Part shown: positions 15,001 to 30,486 of the stretch, piece by piece
Layout of the letters: every line of letters begins with the position of its first letter
Position numbering within the stretch: the first letter of the stretch is position 1
Assembly (NCBI RefSeq): GCF_009914755.1
Contig: NC_060940.1
Direction: 5' to 3' (one strand)
Length of the DNA: 64,000 bases
Origin: the human T2T-CHM13v2.0 reference genome, Homo sapiens
Notes under the pieces: model-generated
What the model saw: the letters and a program-made list of their open reading frames with translations, nothing else
Told to the model about the DNA's origin: nothing
Database searches by the model: none
Translations under genes and position numbers: made by a program

Positions 15001-18000
15001 ATGGTGATTCCATTCGAGTACATTAGATGATTCCATTCGATTCCATTCAATGATGATTCTATTTGTGTCCCTTAGATGATTCCACATGATTCCATTAGAT
15101 GATGATACTATTTGAGCCCATCCAATGATTCCCTTCGATTCCATTCGATGAGGATTCCATTCGATTCAATTCATTGGTGATTCTATTCAATTCAATTCTT
15201 TGATTCCATTCCATTCCATTCGACAATGATTCCATTCGATTTCTTTCGATGATTCCACTCGATTCCACTTGACATTGATTCCATTCGATTCCATTCAATG
15301 ATTCCATTTGATTCCAGTGGATGATGATTGCCATCGATTCCATTCGATCACTCCATTCTATTCCATTTGATGATGATTACATTCGATTCCATTTGATGAT
15401 TCCATCTGATTCTATTCGAGGATTCCATTTGATTCCATTCGATGATGATTCCATTCGAGTCCATTCGATGATTTCATTCAAGTACATCCAATGATTCCAT
15501 TCGAGTCCATTAGATGATTCCATTTGATTCCATTTGAAAATGATTCTATTAGAGTCCATTCAATGACTCCATTCGAGTCCATTCAACAATTCCATTCGAC
15601 TCCATTCGATGATTCCATTCGATTCCATTTGATGGTTCCATTCGAGTCCATTTAATCATTACAGTCGAGTCCATTTGGTGATTCCACTGGATTTCTTTTG
15701 ATAATGATACCATTCAATTACATTTGATGATGATCCCATTCAATTTCATTTGATGATGATTCCATTAGAGTCCATTCGATGATTTCATTCGAGTCCCTTC
15801 ATTGATTCCATCCGATTTCATTGGATGATGACTCCATTCGAGTCCATTCGATGATTCCACTCGATTCCATTAGATGACTCCATTGGAGTCCATTTGATTG
15901 TTCCATTCGATTCCATTCGATTCCTTTCGAAGATTATTCCATTTGAGTCCATTCGATGATGATTCCATTCCATTCCATTCGATGATTCCGTTTGATTCCA
16001 TTCGATGATTCCCTTCGATTCCTTTCTTTGATGATTCCATTCCATTCCATTCAATGATTCCATTCGAATCTATTCCATGATGATTCCTTTCGATTCCATT
16101 CGCTGATGTTTCCGTTCAATTCCATTCGATGATGATTCCATTCGATTCCATTCATTGAGGATTCCATTTGATTCCATTCAATGATGATTCCATTCTATTC
16201 CATTCAATGATTGCATTCAATTCCATTCAATGATTATCCCATTAGAGTAAACTCAACGATTCCATTCAATACCATTCGATGATGATTCCTTTTGAGTCCA
16301 TTCAATGATTTCATTCAAGTCCATTTGATGATTCCTTTCAATTCCATTCTATGATGATTCCATTCGAGTCCATTCGATGATTCCATTCGATTGCATTCGA
16401 TGATTCCATTATATTCCATTCAACGGTGATTCCATTCGAGTCCATTCCATGATTCCATTAGAGTACATTTAATGATTGCTTTGTTTTCAATTCGAAGATG
16501 ATTACATTGGATTCCATTCTATGATACCATTCGATTCCATTCAATGATGATTCCACTCAAATCCATTGGATGATTCCATTCGTGTCCATTCGGTGATTTC
16601 ATTAGATTCCATTCGAGGATGATTCCATTCGATTCCATTCGATGATTCCATTCAATTCCATTCGATGATGATTCCATTCCAGTCCATATGATCATTCCAT
16701 TTGATTTCATTCGATGATGATTCCATTCGATTCCTTTCGACGATTCCATTCTATTCCATTCGATGATGATTCCATTCGAGTCCATTCGATGATTCCATTC
16801 GAGTCCATTTAATGATTCCATTGGGTTCAATTCAATGATGATTACATTGGATTCCGTTCTATGATTCCATTCAATTCCGTTCATTGACAATTTGATTCCA
16901 TTCGATGATGATTCCATTTGAGTTCATTCGATGATTCTATTCGATTCTCTTCGATGGTGATTCAATTCTATTATATTGGATGATTCCATTCGATTCCATT
17001 TGATGTTGATTCAATTCGATTCTATTCGATGATGATTCCATTGGATTTCACTTGATGATTCTATTCGATTCCATTCAATGATGATTCACTTCTCGTCCAT
17101 TGGATGATTCCATTTCATTCCATTCGATGATGATTCCATTCGATTCCATTCGATGATTCCATTTGATTCCATGCGACGGTGAGCAATTCGATTCAATTCC
17201 ATGATGATTCTATTTGATTCAATTAGATGATGTTTCCATTCGAATCCATTCCATGATTATTCCATTGGAATCCATTCGGCGATGATTCCATATGAGTCAA
17301 TTCAATGATGATTCCATATGGGTCCGTTCGATGATAATTCCATTTGATTTCATTCGATGCTTCTATTCTATTCCAGTCGATGATGATTCCGTTGGAGTCC
17401 ATACGATGATTCCATTTGATTTCATTTGATGATGATTCCATTCGATGATGATTACATTGGATTCCATTCTATGATTCCATTCAATTCCATTCGTTGATGA
17501 TTCGATTCCATTCAATGATGATTCCATTTGAGTTCATTCGATGATTCTATTCGATTCCGTTCGATGGTGATTCAATTCTATTATATTGGATGATTCCACT
17601 CGATTCCATTTGATGATTATTCCATTGGAGTCCACTTAGTGAATCCTTTAGATTCTACTCGACGATGATTCCATTCGAGTCCATTCGATGATACCATTCA
17701 ATTCCATTCGTTGATGCTTCCATTCAAGTGCATTCGATGATATCATTCGATTCCATTTGATGATAATTCCATTTGATTCCATGCGATGATTCTATTCGAT
17801 TCCATTCAATGATAATTCCATTCAATTCAGTGATTCCTCTGGACTCCATTTGATGATGATTCCATTCAATGATTCCATTCGATTCTATTCGAAAATGATT
17901 CCATTTGAATCCATTTGATGATGATTCCATTAGATTCCATTTGATGATTCCATTCGATTCCATTCGACGATGATTCCATTCGATTCCGTTTGATGATTCC

Positions 18001-21000
18001 ATTCTATTCTATTCGATGATGATTCCATTCGATTCCATTCGATGATGATTGGATTCGATTCCATTTGATGATTTCATTTGATTCCATTCGTTAATGATTT
18101 CGATCAATTCCATTCGATGATTCCATTCGATTCCATTCGATAATGATTACATCCGAGTCCATTCGATGATTCCCTTTAAGCCTGTTCGATAATTCCATTT
18201 GAGTCCAACCAATGATTCCATTCATTTCCATTCAATGATTCCATTCGAGTCCATTTGATCATTCCGGTAGGGTCCATTCGATGTTGATTCCATTGGAGTG
18301 CATTCGATGATTCCATTCGAGTCCATTTTAGGATTTGATTCGAGTCCTTTCGATGATTCCATTCGATTCCACTCGATGATGATTTCATTCGAGTCCATTC
18401 GACACTTCCAATCGATTCCATTTGATGATTCCATTCGAGTCCAATTGATGATTCCATTCAATTCCATTCGATGATGATTCCGTACGATTCCATTCTGTGA
18501 TGATTCCATGTGATTGCATTCAATGATGATTCCTTTCGATTGCATTCGATTATGATTCATTTCGTGTTCTTTCTATGGTTCCACAGGTTTCCATTCGTGT
18601 CCATTCCATTATTCCATTCTATTCCATTTGATGATGATTCCGTTCGATTCCATTCATTGGTGATTCCACTCAATTCCATTCAATGATTCCATTCCATTTC
18701 TTTCAACAATGATTCCATTAGTTTCTAATCGATGATCCACTTGATTCCATTTGACGACGATTCCATTCTTGTCCATTCGATGATTCCATTTGATTCCATA
18801 TGATGATGATTCCATTCGATTCCATACCATGATGATTCCATTCGAGTCCATTCAATGGTGATTCCATTCAATTCCATTCGATGATTCCTTTTGATTCCAT
18901 TCGATGATGATGGCATTCGATTCCTTTCAATCATTCCCTTTGATTCCATTCAAAGGTGATTTCATTCAAGTCCATTCGATAATTGCATTCGATTCCATTC
19001 TATGATGATTCCATTCGAGTCCATTTGATGATTCCATTCAATTCAAGTCAATGATGATTCCATTCGATTCCATTCGATGATTCCATTGGATTCCATTCGA
19101 TGATGATTCCATTCAAATCCATTCGATAATTCAATTCAAGTCCATTCGATGATGATTCCAATCGAATCCATTCAAAGATTCCATTCAGTTCCATTCGATG
19201 ATTCCCTTGGATTCCATTCGATGATTCCACTTGATTGCATTTACGATGATTCCATTCGATTCCATGTGATGATTCCATTCAATTCTATTCAATGATGTCT
19301 CCATTTGATTCCATTCGACCATGATTGCCTTTGATTCCATTCAATGATTCCATTCGGTTCCGTTTGATGATGATTCCGTTCGATTCCATTTGATGATTCC
19401 ATTTGATTCCATTGGATGAGTCCATTCGATTACATTCGATGATTATTCCATTCGAGTGCATTAGATGATTCCATTCGAGTCCATTCGATGATTCCATTCG
19501 ATTCCATTCGATGTTGATTCTGTTCAAATCCATTCGATGATTCCACTCGATTCCATTCGTTGACTCCATTTGATCCCATTCGATGATTTCCTTTGATTCC
19601 CTTTGATGATCATTCCATTTGATTCAATTCGGTGATTTCATTTGATTCCATTCAGTGATGTTTCCATTCGACTCCATTCGATGATGATTCCATTCGACTC
19701 CATTCGATTATGATTTCATTCAATTCCATTCGATAATGATTCCCTTCGAGTCCATTCGATGATTCCATTCGATTCCATTCAACGATGATTTGATTCGTGT
19801 CCATTCGATGATTCCATTTGATTCCACTTGATGATGATTCCATTCGAGTCCATTTGATGATTCCATTCAATTCCATACTCCGATGATTTCTTTTGAGCCC
19901 ACTCAATGCTTCCACTCGATTCCATATGATGATGACTCCATTCGATGAAATTCGATGATGATTCCATTCGCTTGCTTTCGATGATGATTCCACTTGAGTC
20001 CGTTAGAAGATTCTATTCAATTACATTCCATGACGATTCCGTTCGAGTCCATTTGATGATTCCATTAGACTCCATTCGACGATGATTCCATTCGATGTTA
20101 TTCGATGATTCCATTCGATCTCATTCGATGATGATTCCATTCAACTCCATTCGATGTTTCCATTCGAGTTCATTCTATTATTCCATTAGATTCCATTCGA
20201 TGATGATTCCATTCGATTCCATTTGATGATTGCATTCTATTTCATTTGATGATGATTCCATTCGAGTCCACTCGATGATTCCATTCGAGTCCATTTAATG
20301 AATCCATTGGTTTCAATTCTATGATGATTACATTGGATTCCATTCGTTGATGATTTCATTCGGTTCCATTCAATGATGATTCCATTCAATTCCTTTCAAT
20401 GTTTCCATTCAATTCCATACGATGATGATTCCATTTGATTTGATTCGACAGTGAGCCATTCGATTCAATTTCATGATGATTCTATTTATTCAATTGGTTG
20501 ACATTTCCATTCGATTCCATTCGATGATGATTCCCTTTCATTCCATTCAAAGATGATTCCATTCTAGCCCATTCAATCATTCCATTCGATTCTATTCAAT
20601 GATGATTCCATTCATGTCGATTTGGTGATTCCATTTGACTTCATTTGATGATGATTCCTTTCAAGTTCATTAGATGATTCCATTCGATTCCATTTGATGA
20701 TGATCCCATTCGAGTCCATTCAGTGATTCCATTCGTTTCCATTCCATGATGATTCCATTCCTTTCCATTCAATGATTCCATTCGATTCCGTTTGATGATG
20801 ATTTCATTCGAGTCCATTTGATGATTCCATTTGATTCCATTCGATGATGATTCCATTCGAGTCCATTCGATGATTCTATTCGAATCCATTTGATGATTTC
20901 TTTTGATTATATTTGGTGATGATTCCATTGGAGTCCATTCAATGATTCCATTCTATTCCAATCGATGATGATTCCATTAGAGTCCATTTAATGATTCCAT

Positions 21001-24000
21001 TTGATTCCAGTCTCTGATGATTACATTCGAGTCCATACGATGATTCCACTCAATTCCATATGATGATGATTCCATTTGATTCCATTCGGTGATTCCATTC
21101 TATTCTATTCAATGGTGATTCCATTCGAGTACATTAGATGATTCCATTCGATTCCATTCAATGATGATTCTATTTGTGTCCCTTAGATGATTCCACATGA
21201 TTCCATTAGATGATGATACTATTTGAGCCCATCCAATGATTCCCTTCGATTCCATTCGATGAGGATTCCATTCGATTCAATTCATTGGTGATTCTATTCA
21301 ATTCAATTCTTTGATTCCATTCCATTCCATTCGACAATGATTCCATTCGATTTCTTTCGATGATTCCACTCGATTCCACTTGACATTGATTCCATTCGAT
21401 TCCATTCAATGATTCCATTTGATTCCAGTGGATGATGATTGCCATCGATTCCATTCGATCACTCCATTCTATTCCATTTGATGATGATTACATTCGATTC
21501 CATTTGATGATTCCATCTGATTCTATTCGAGGATTCCATTTGATTCCATTCGATGATGATTCCATTCGAGTCCATTCGATGATTTCATTCAAGTACATCG
21601 AATGATTCCATTCGAGTCCATTAGATGATTCCATTTGATTCCATTTGAAAATGATTCTACTAGAGTCCATTCAATGACTCCATTCGATTCCATTCAACAA
21701 TTCCATTCGACTCCATTCGATGATTCCATTCGATTCCATTTGATGGTTCCATTCGAGACCATTTAATCATTACAGTCGAGTCCATTTGGTGATTCCACTG
21801 GATTTCTTTTGATAATGATACCATTCAATTACATTTGATGATGATCCCATTCAATTTCATTTGATGATGATTCCATTAGAGTCCATTCGATGATTTCATT
21901 CGAGTCCCTTCATTGAATCCATCCGATTTCATTTGATGATGACTCCATTCGAGTCCATTCGATGATTCCACTCGATTCCATTAGATGATTCCATTGGAGT
22001 CCATTTGATTGTTCCATTCGATTCCATTCGATTCCTTTCGAAGATTATAACATTTGAGTCCATTCGATGATGATTCCATTCCATTCCATTCGATGATTCC
22101 GTTTGATTCCATTCGATGATTCCCTTTGATTCCTTTCTGAGATGATTCCATTCCATTCCACTCAATGATTCAATTCGAATCTATTCCATGATGATTCCTT
22201 TCGATTCCATTCGCTGATGTTTCCGTTCAATTCCATTCGATGATGATTCCATTCGATTCCATTCATTGAGGATTCCATTGGATTCCATTCAATGATGATT
22301 CCATTCTATTCCATTCAATGATTGCATTCAATTCCATTCAATGATTATCCCCTTAGAGTAAACTCAACGATTCCATTCAATACCATTCGATGATGATTCC
22401 TTTTGAGTCCATTCAATGATTTCATTCAAGTCCATTTGATGATTCCTTTCAATTTCATTCTATGATGATTCCATTCGAGTGCATTCGATGATTCCATTCG
22501 ATTGCATTCGATGATTCCATTATATTCCATTCAACGGTGATTCCATTCGAGTCCATTCGATGATTCCATTAGAGTACATTTAATGATTGCTTTGTTTTCA
22601 ATTCTAAGATGATTACATTGGATTCCATTCTATGATACCATTCGATTCCATTCAATGATGATTCCACTCAAATCCATTGGATGATTCCATTCGTGTCCAT
22701 TCGGTGATTTCATTAGATTCCATTCGAGGATGATTCCATTCGATTCCATTCGATGATTCCATTCAATTCCATTCGATGATGATTCCATTCCAGTCCATAT
22801 GATCATTCCATTTGATTTCATTCGATGATGATTCCATTCGATTCCTTTCGACGATTCCTTTCTATTCCATTCGATGATGATTCCATTCGAGTCCATTCGA
22901 TGATTCCATTCGGGTCCATTTAATGATTCCATTGGGTTCAATTCAATGATGATTACATTGGATTCCGTTCTATGATTCCATTCAATTCCGTTCATTGACA
23001 ATTTGATTCCATTCGATGATGATTCCATTTGAGTTCATTCGATGATTCTATTCGATTCTCTTCGATGGTGATTCAATTCTATTATATTGGATGATTCCAT
23101 TCGATTCCATTTGATGTTGATTCAATTCGATTCTATTCGATGATGATTCCATTGGATTTCACTTGATGATTCTATTCGATTCCATTCAATGATGATTCAC
23201 TTCTCGTCCATTGGATGATTCCATTTCATTCCATTCGATGATGATTCCATTCGATTCCTTTCGATGATTCCATTTGATTCCATGCGACGGTGAGCAATTC
23301 GATTCAATTCCATGATGATTCTATTTGATTCAATTAGATGATGTTTCCATTCGAATCCATTCCATGATTATTCCATTGGAATCCATTCGGCGATGATTCC
23401 ATATGAGTCAATTCAATGATGATTCCATATGGGTCCGTTCGATGATAATTCCATTTGATTTCATTCGATGCTTCTATTCTATTCCAGTCGATGATGATTC
23501 CGTTGGAGTCCATACGATGATTCCATTTGATTTCATTTGATGATGATTCCATTCGATGATGATTACATTGGATTCCATTCTATGATTCCATTCAATTCCA
23601 TTCGTTGATGATTCGATTCCATTCAATGATGATTCCATTTGAGTTCATTCGATGATTCTATTCGATTCCGTTCGATGGTGATTCAATTCTATTATATTGG
23701 ATGATTCCACTCGATTCCATTTGATGATTATTCCATTGGAGTCCACTTAGTGAATCCTTTAGATTCTACTCGACGATGATTCCATTCGAGTCCATTCGAT
23801 GATACCATTCAATTCCATTCGTTGATGCTTCCATTCAAGTGCATTCGATGATATCATTCGATTCCATTTGATGATAATTCCATTTGATTCCATGCGATGA
23901 TTCTATTCGATTCCATTCAATGATAATTCCATTCAATTCAGTGATTCCTCTGGACTCCATTTGATGATGATTCCATTCAATGATTCCATTCGATTCTATT

Positions 24001-27000
24001 CGAAAATGATTCCATTTGAATCCATTTGATGATGATTCCATTAGATTCCATTTGATGATTCCATTCGATTCCATTCGACGATGATTCCATTCGATTCCGT
24101 TTGATGATTCCATTCTATTCTATTCGATGATGATTCCATTCGATTCCATTCGATGATGATTGGATTCGATTCCATTGGATGATTTCATTTGATTCCATTC
24201 GTTAATGATTTCGATCAATTCCATTCGATGATTCCATTCGATTCCATTCGATAATGATTACATCCGAGTCCATTCAATGATTCCATTGGAGCCTGTTCGA
24301 TAATTCCATTTGAGTCCAACCAATGATTCCATTCATTTCCATTCAATGATTCCATTCGAGTCCATTTGATCATTCCGGTAGGGTCCATTCCATGTTGATT
24401 CCATTGGAGTGCATTCGATGATTCCATTCGAGTCCATTTTAGGATTTGATTCGAGTCCTTTCGATGATTCCATTCGATTCCACTCGATGATGATTTCATT
24501 CGAGTCCATTCGACATTTCCAATCGATTCCATTTGATGATTCCATTCGAGTCCAATTGATGATTCCATTCAATTCCATTCGATGATGATTCCGTACGATT
24601 CCATTCTGTGATGATTCCATGTGATTGCATTCAATGATGATTCCTTTCGATTGCATTCGATTATGATTCATTTCGTGTTCATTCTATGGTTCCACAGGTT
24701 TCCATTCGTGTCCATTCCATTATTCCATTCTATTCCATTTGATGATGATTCCATTCGATTCCATTCATTGGTGATTCCACTCAATTCCATTCAATGATTC
24801 CATTCCATTTCTTTCAACAATGATTCCATTACTTTCTAATCGATGATCCACTTGATTCCATTTGACGACGATTCCATTCTTGTCCATTCGATGATTCCAT
24901 TTGATTCCATATGATGATGATTCCATTCGATTCCATACCATGATGATTCCATTCGAGTCCATTCAATGGTGATTCCATTCAATTCCATTCGATGATTCCT
25001 TTTGATTCCATTCGATGATGATGGCATTCGATTCCTTTCAATCATTCCCTTTGATTCCATTCAAAGGTGATTTCATTCAAGTCCATTTGATAATTGCATT
25101 CGATTCCATTCTATGATGATTCCATTCGAGTCCATTTGATGATTCCATTCAATTCAAGTCAATGATGATTCCATTCGATTCCATTCGATGATTCCATGGG
25201 ATTCCATTCGATGATGATTCCATTCAAATCCATTCGATAATTCAATTCAAGTCCATTCGATGATGATTCCAATCGAATCCATTCAAAGATTCCATTCAGT
25301 TCCATTCGATGATTCCCTTAGATTCCATTCGATGATTCCACTTGATTCCGTTTACGATGATTCCATTCGATTCCATGTGATGATTCCATTCAATTCTATT
25401 CAATGATGTCTCCATTTGATTCCATTCGACCATGATTGCCTTTGATTCCATTCAATGATTCCATTCGGTTCCGTTTGATGATGATTCCGTTCGATTCCAT
25501 TTGATGATTCCATTTGATTCCATTGGATGAGTCCATTCGATTACATTCGATGATTATTCCATTCGAGTGCATTAGATGATTCCATTCGAGTCCATTCGAT
25601 GATTCCATTCGATTCCATTCGATGTTGATTCTGTTCAAATCCATTCGATGATTCCACTCGATTCCATTCGTTGACTCCATTTGATCCCATTCGATGATTT
25701 CCTTTGATTCCCTTTGATGATCATTCCATTTGATTCAATTCGGTGATTTCATTTGATTCCATTCAGTGATGTTTCCATTCGACTCCATTCGATGATGATT
25801 CCATTCGACTCCATTCGATTATGATTTCATTCAATTCCATTCGATAATGATTCCCTTCGAGTCCATTCGATGATTCCATTCGATTCCATTCAACGATGAT
25901 TTGATTCGTGTCCATTCGATGATTCCATTTGATTCCACTTGATGATGATTCCATTCGAGTCCATTTGATGATTCCATTCAATTCCATACTCCGATGATTT
26001 CTTTTGAGCCCACTCAATGCTTCCACTCGATTCCATATGATGATGACTCCATTCGATGAAATTCGATGATGATTCCATTCGCTTGCTTTCGATGATGATT
26101 CCACTTGAGTCCGTTAGAAGATTCTATTCAATTACATTCCATGACGATTCCGTTCGAGTCCATTTGATGATTCCATTAGACTCCATTCGACGATGATTCC
26201 ATTCGATGTTATTCCATGATTCCATTCGATCTCATTCGATGATGATTCCATTCAACTCCATTCGATGTTTCCATTCGAGTTCATTCTATTATTCCATTAG
26301 ATTCCATTCGATGATGATTCCATTCGATTCCATTTGATGATTGCATTCTATTTCATTTGATGATGATTCCATTCGAGTCCACTCGATGATTCCATTCGAG
26401 TCCATTTAATGAATCCATTGGTTTCAATTCTATGATGATTACATTGGATTCCATTCGTTGATGATTTCATTCGGTTCCATTCAATGATGATTCCATTCAA
26501 TTCCTTTCAATGTTTCTATTCAATTCCATACGATGATGATTCCATTTGATTTGATTCGACAGTGAGCCATTCGATTCAATTCCATGATGATTCTATTTGA
26601 TTCAATTGGTTGACATTTCCATTCGATTCCATTCGATGATGATTCCCTTTGATTCCGTTCAAAGATGATTCCATTCTAGCCCATTCAATCATTCCATTCG
26701 ATTCTATTCAATGATGATTCCATTCATGTCGATTTGGTGATTCCATTTGACTTCATTTGATGATGATTCCTTTCAAGTTCATTAGATGATTCCATTCGAT
26801 TCCATTTGATGATGATCCCATTCGAGTCCATTCAGTGATTCCATTCGTTTCCATTCCATGATGATTCCATTCCTTTCCATTCAATGATTCCATTCGATTC
26901 CGTTTGATGATGATTTCATTCGAGTCCATTTGATGATTCCATTTGATTCCATTCGATGATGATTCCATTCGAGTCCATTCGATGATTCTATTCGAATCCA

Positions 27001-30000
27001 TTTGATGATTTCTTTTGATTATATTTGGTGATGATTCCATTGGAGTCCATTCAATGATTCCATTCTATTCCAATCGATGATGATTCCATTAAAGTCCATT
27101 TAATGATTCCATTTGATTCCAGTCTCTGATGATTACATTCGAGTCCATACGATGATTCCACTCAATTCCATATGATGATGATTCCATTCGATTCCATTCG
27201 GTGATTCCATTCTATTCTATTCAATGGTGATTCCATTCGAGTACATTAGATGATTCCATTCGATTCCATTCAATGATGATTCTATTTGTGTCCCTTAGAT
27301 GATTCCACATGATTCCATTAGATGATGATACTATTTGAGCCCATCCAATGATTCCCTTCGATTCCATTCGATGAGGATTCCATTCGATTCAATTCATTGG
27401 TGATTCTATTCAATTCAATTCTTTGATTCCATTCCATTCCATTCGACAATGATTCCATTCGATTTCTTTCGATGATTCCACTCGATTCCACTTGACATTG
27501 ATTCCATTCGATTCCATTCAATGATTCCATTTGATTCCAGTGGATGATGATTGCCATCGATTCCATTCGATCACTCCATTCTATTCCATTTGATGATGAT
27601 TACATTCGATTCCATTTGATGATTCCATCTGATTCTATTCGAGGATTCCATTTGATTCCATTCGATGATGATTCCATTCGAGTCCATTCGATGATTTCAT
27701 TCAAGTACATCCAATGATTCCATTCGAGTCCATTAGATGATTCCATTTGATTCCATTTGAAAATGATTCTACTAGAGTCCATTCAATGACTCCATTCGAT
27801 TCCATTCAACAATTCCATTCGACTCCATTCGATGATTCCATTCGATTCCATTTGATGGTTCCATTCGAGTCCATTTAATCATTACAGTCGAGTCCATTTG
27901 GTGATTCCACTGGATTTCTTTTGATAATGATACCATTCAATTACATTTGATGATGATCCCATTCAATTTCATTTGATGATGATTCCATTAGAGTCCATTC
28001 GATGATTTCATTCGAGTCCCTTCATTGATTCCATCCGATTTCATTGGATGATGACTCCATTCGAGTCCATTCGATGATTCCACTCGATTCCATTAGATGA
28101 CTCCATTGGAGTCCATTTGATTGTTCCATTCGATTCCATTCGATTCCTTTCGAAGATTATTCCATTTGAGTCCATTCGATGATGATTCCATTCCATTCCA
28201 TTCGATGATTCCGTTTGATTCCATTCGATGATTCCCTTCGATTCCTTTCTTTGATGATTCCATTCCATTCCATTCAATGATTCCATTCGAATCTATTCCA
28301 TGATGATTCCTTTCGATTCCATTCGCTGATGTTTCCGTTCAATTCCATTCGATGATGATTCCATTCGATTCCATTCATTGAGGATTCCATTTGATTCCAT
28401 TCAATGATGATTCCATTCTATTCCATTCAATGATTGCATTCAATTCCATTCAATGATTATCCCATTAGAGTAAACTCAACGATTCCATTCAATACCATTC
28501 GATGATGATTCCTTTTGAGTCCATTCAATGATTTCATTCAAGTCCATTTGATGATTCCTTTCAATTCCATTCTATGATGATTCCATTCGAGTCCATTCGA
28601 TGATTCCATTTGATTGCATTCGATGATTCCATTATATTCCATTCAACGGTGATTCCATTCGAGTCCATTCCATGATTCCATTAGAGTACATTTAATGATT
28701 GCTTTGTTTTCAATTCGAAGATGATTACATTGGATTCCATTCTATGATACCATTCGATTCCATTCAATGATGTTTCCACTCTAATACATTGGATGATTCC
28801 ATTCGTGTCCATTCGGTGATTTCATTAGATTCCATTCGAGGATGATTCCATTCGATTCCATTCGATGATTCCATTCAATTCCATTCGATGATGATTCCAT
28901 TCCAGTCCATATGATCATTCCATTTGATTTCATTCGATGATGATTCCATTCGATTCCATTCGAAGATTCCATTCTATTCCATTCGATGATGATTCCATTC
29001 GAGTCCATTCGATGATTCCATTCGAGTCCATTTAATGATTCCATTGGGTTCAATTCAATGATGATTACATTGGATTCCGTTCTATGATTCCATTCAATTC
29101 CGTTCATTGACAATTTGATTCCATTCGATGATGATTCCATTTGAGTTCATTCGATGATTCTATTCGATTCTCTTCGATGGTGATTCAATTCTATTATATT
29201 GGATGATTCCATTCGATTCCATTTGATGTTGATTCAATTCGATTCTATTCGATGATGATTCCATTGGATTTCACTTGATGATTGTATTCGATTCCATTCA
29301 ATGATGATTCACTACTCGTCCATTGGATGATTCCATTTCATTCCATTCGATGATGATTCCATTCGATTCCATTCGATGATTCCATTTGATTCCATGTGAC
29401 GATGAGCAATTCGATTCAATTCCATGATGATTCTATTTGATTCAATTAGATGATGTTTCCATTCGAATCCATTCCATGATTATTCTATTGGAATCCATTC
29501 GGCGATGATTCCATATGAGTCAATTCAATGATGATTCCATATGGGTCCGTTCGATGATAATTCCATTTGATTTCATTCGATGCTTCTATTCTATTCCAGT
29601 CGATGATGATTCCGTTGGAGTCCATACGATGATTCCATTTGATTTCATTTGATGATGATTCCATTCGATGATGATTACATTGGATTCCATTCTATGATTC
29701 CATTCAATTCCATTCGTTGATGATTCGATTCCATTCAATGATGATTCCATTTGAGTTCATTCGATGATTCTATTCGATTCCGTTCGATGGTGATTCAATT
29801 CTTTTATATTGGATGATTCCACTCGATTCCATTTGATGATTATTCCATTGGAGTCCACTTAGTGAATCCTTTAGATTCTACTCGAAGATGATTCCATTCG
29901 AGTCCATTCGATGATACCATTCAATTCCATTCGTTGATGCTTCCATTCAAGTGCATTCGATGATATCATTCGATTCCATTTGATGATAATTCCATTTGAT

Positions 30001-30486
30001 TCCATGCGATGATTCTATTCGATTCCATTCAATGATAATTCCATTCAATTCAGTGATTCCTCTGGACTCCATTTGATGATGATTCCATTCAATGATTCCA
30101 TTCGATTCTATTCGAAAATGATTCCATTTGAATCCATTTGATGATGATTCCATTAGATTCCATTTGATGATTCCATTCGATTCCATTCGACGATGATTCC
30201 ATTCGATTCCGTTTGATGATTCCATTCTATTCTATTCGATGATGATTCCATTCGATTCCATTCGATGATGATTGGATTCGATTCCATTTGATGATTTCAT
30301 TTGATTCCATTCGTTAATGATTTCGATCAATTCCATTCGATGATTCCATTCGATTCCATTCGATAATGATTACATCCGAGTCCATTCGATGATTCCCTTT
30401 GAGCCCGTTCGATAATTCCATTTGAGTCCAACCAATGATTCCATTCATTTCCATTCAATGATTCCATTCGAGTCCATTTGATCATT
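6047..30486 (+). repeat. Higher-order units 2-5, homogeneous block (6108, 6109, 6111, 6112 bp)
   Basis: Landmarks at 6047, 12155, 18264, 24375, 30487. Many ORF artefacts are identical between units (e.g. the 113 aa ORFs at 7435, 13543, 19652, 25763). Shared diagnostic variants include CCATACCATG, GTCTCCATTT, GAGCCCACTC and CCATTTGAAAATG. Confidence 0.92.
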
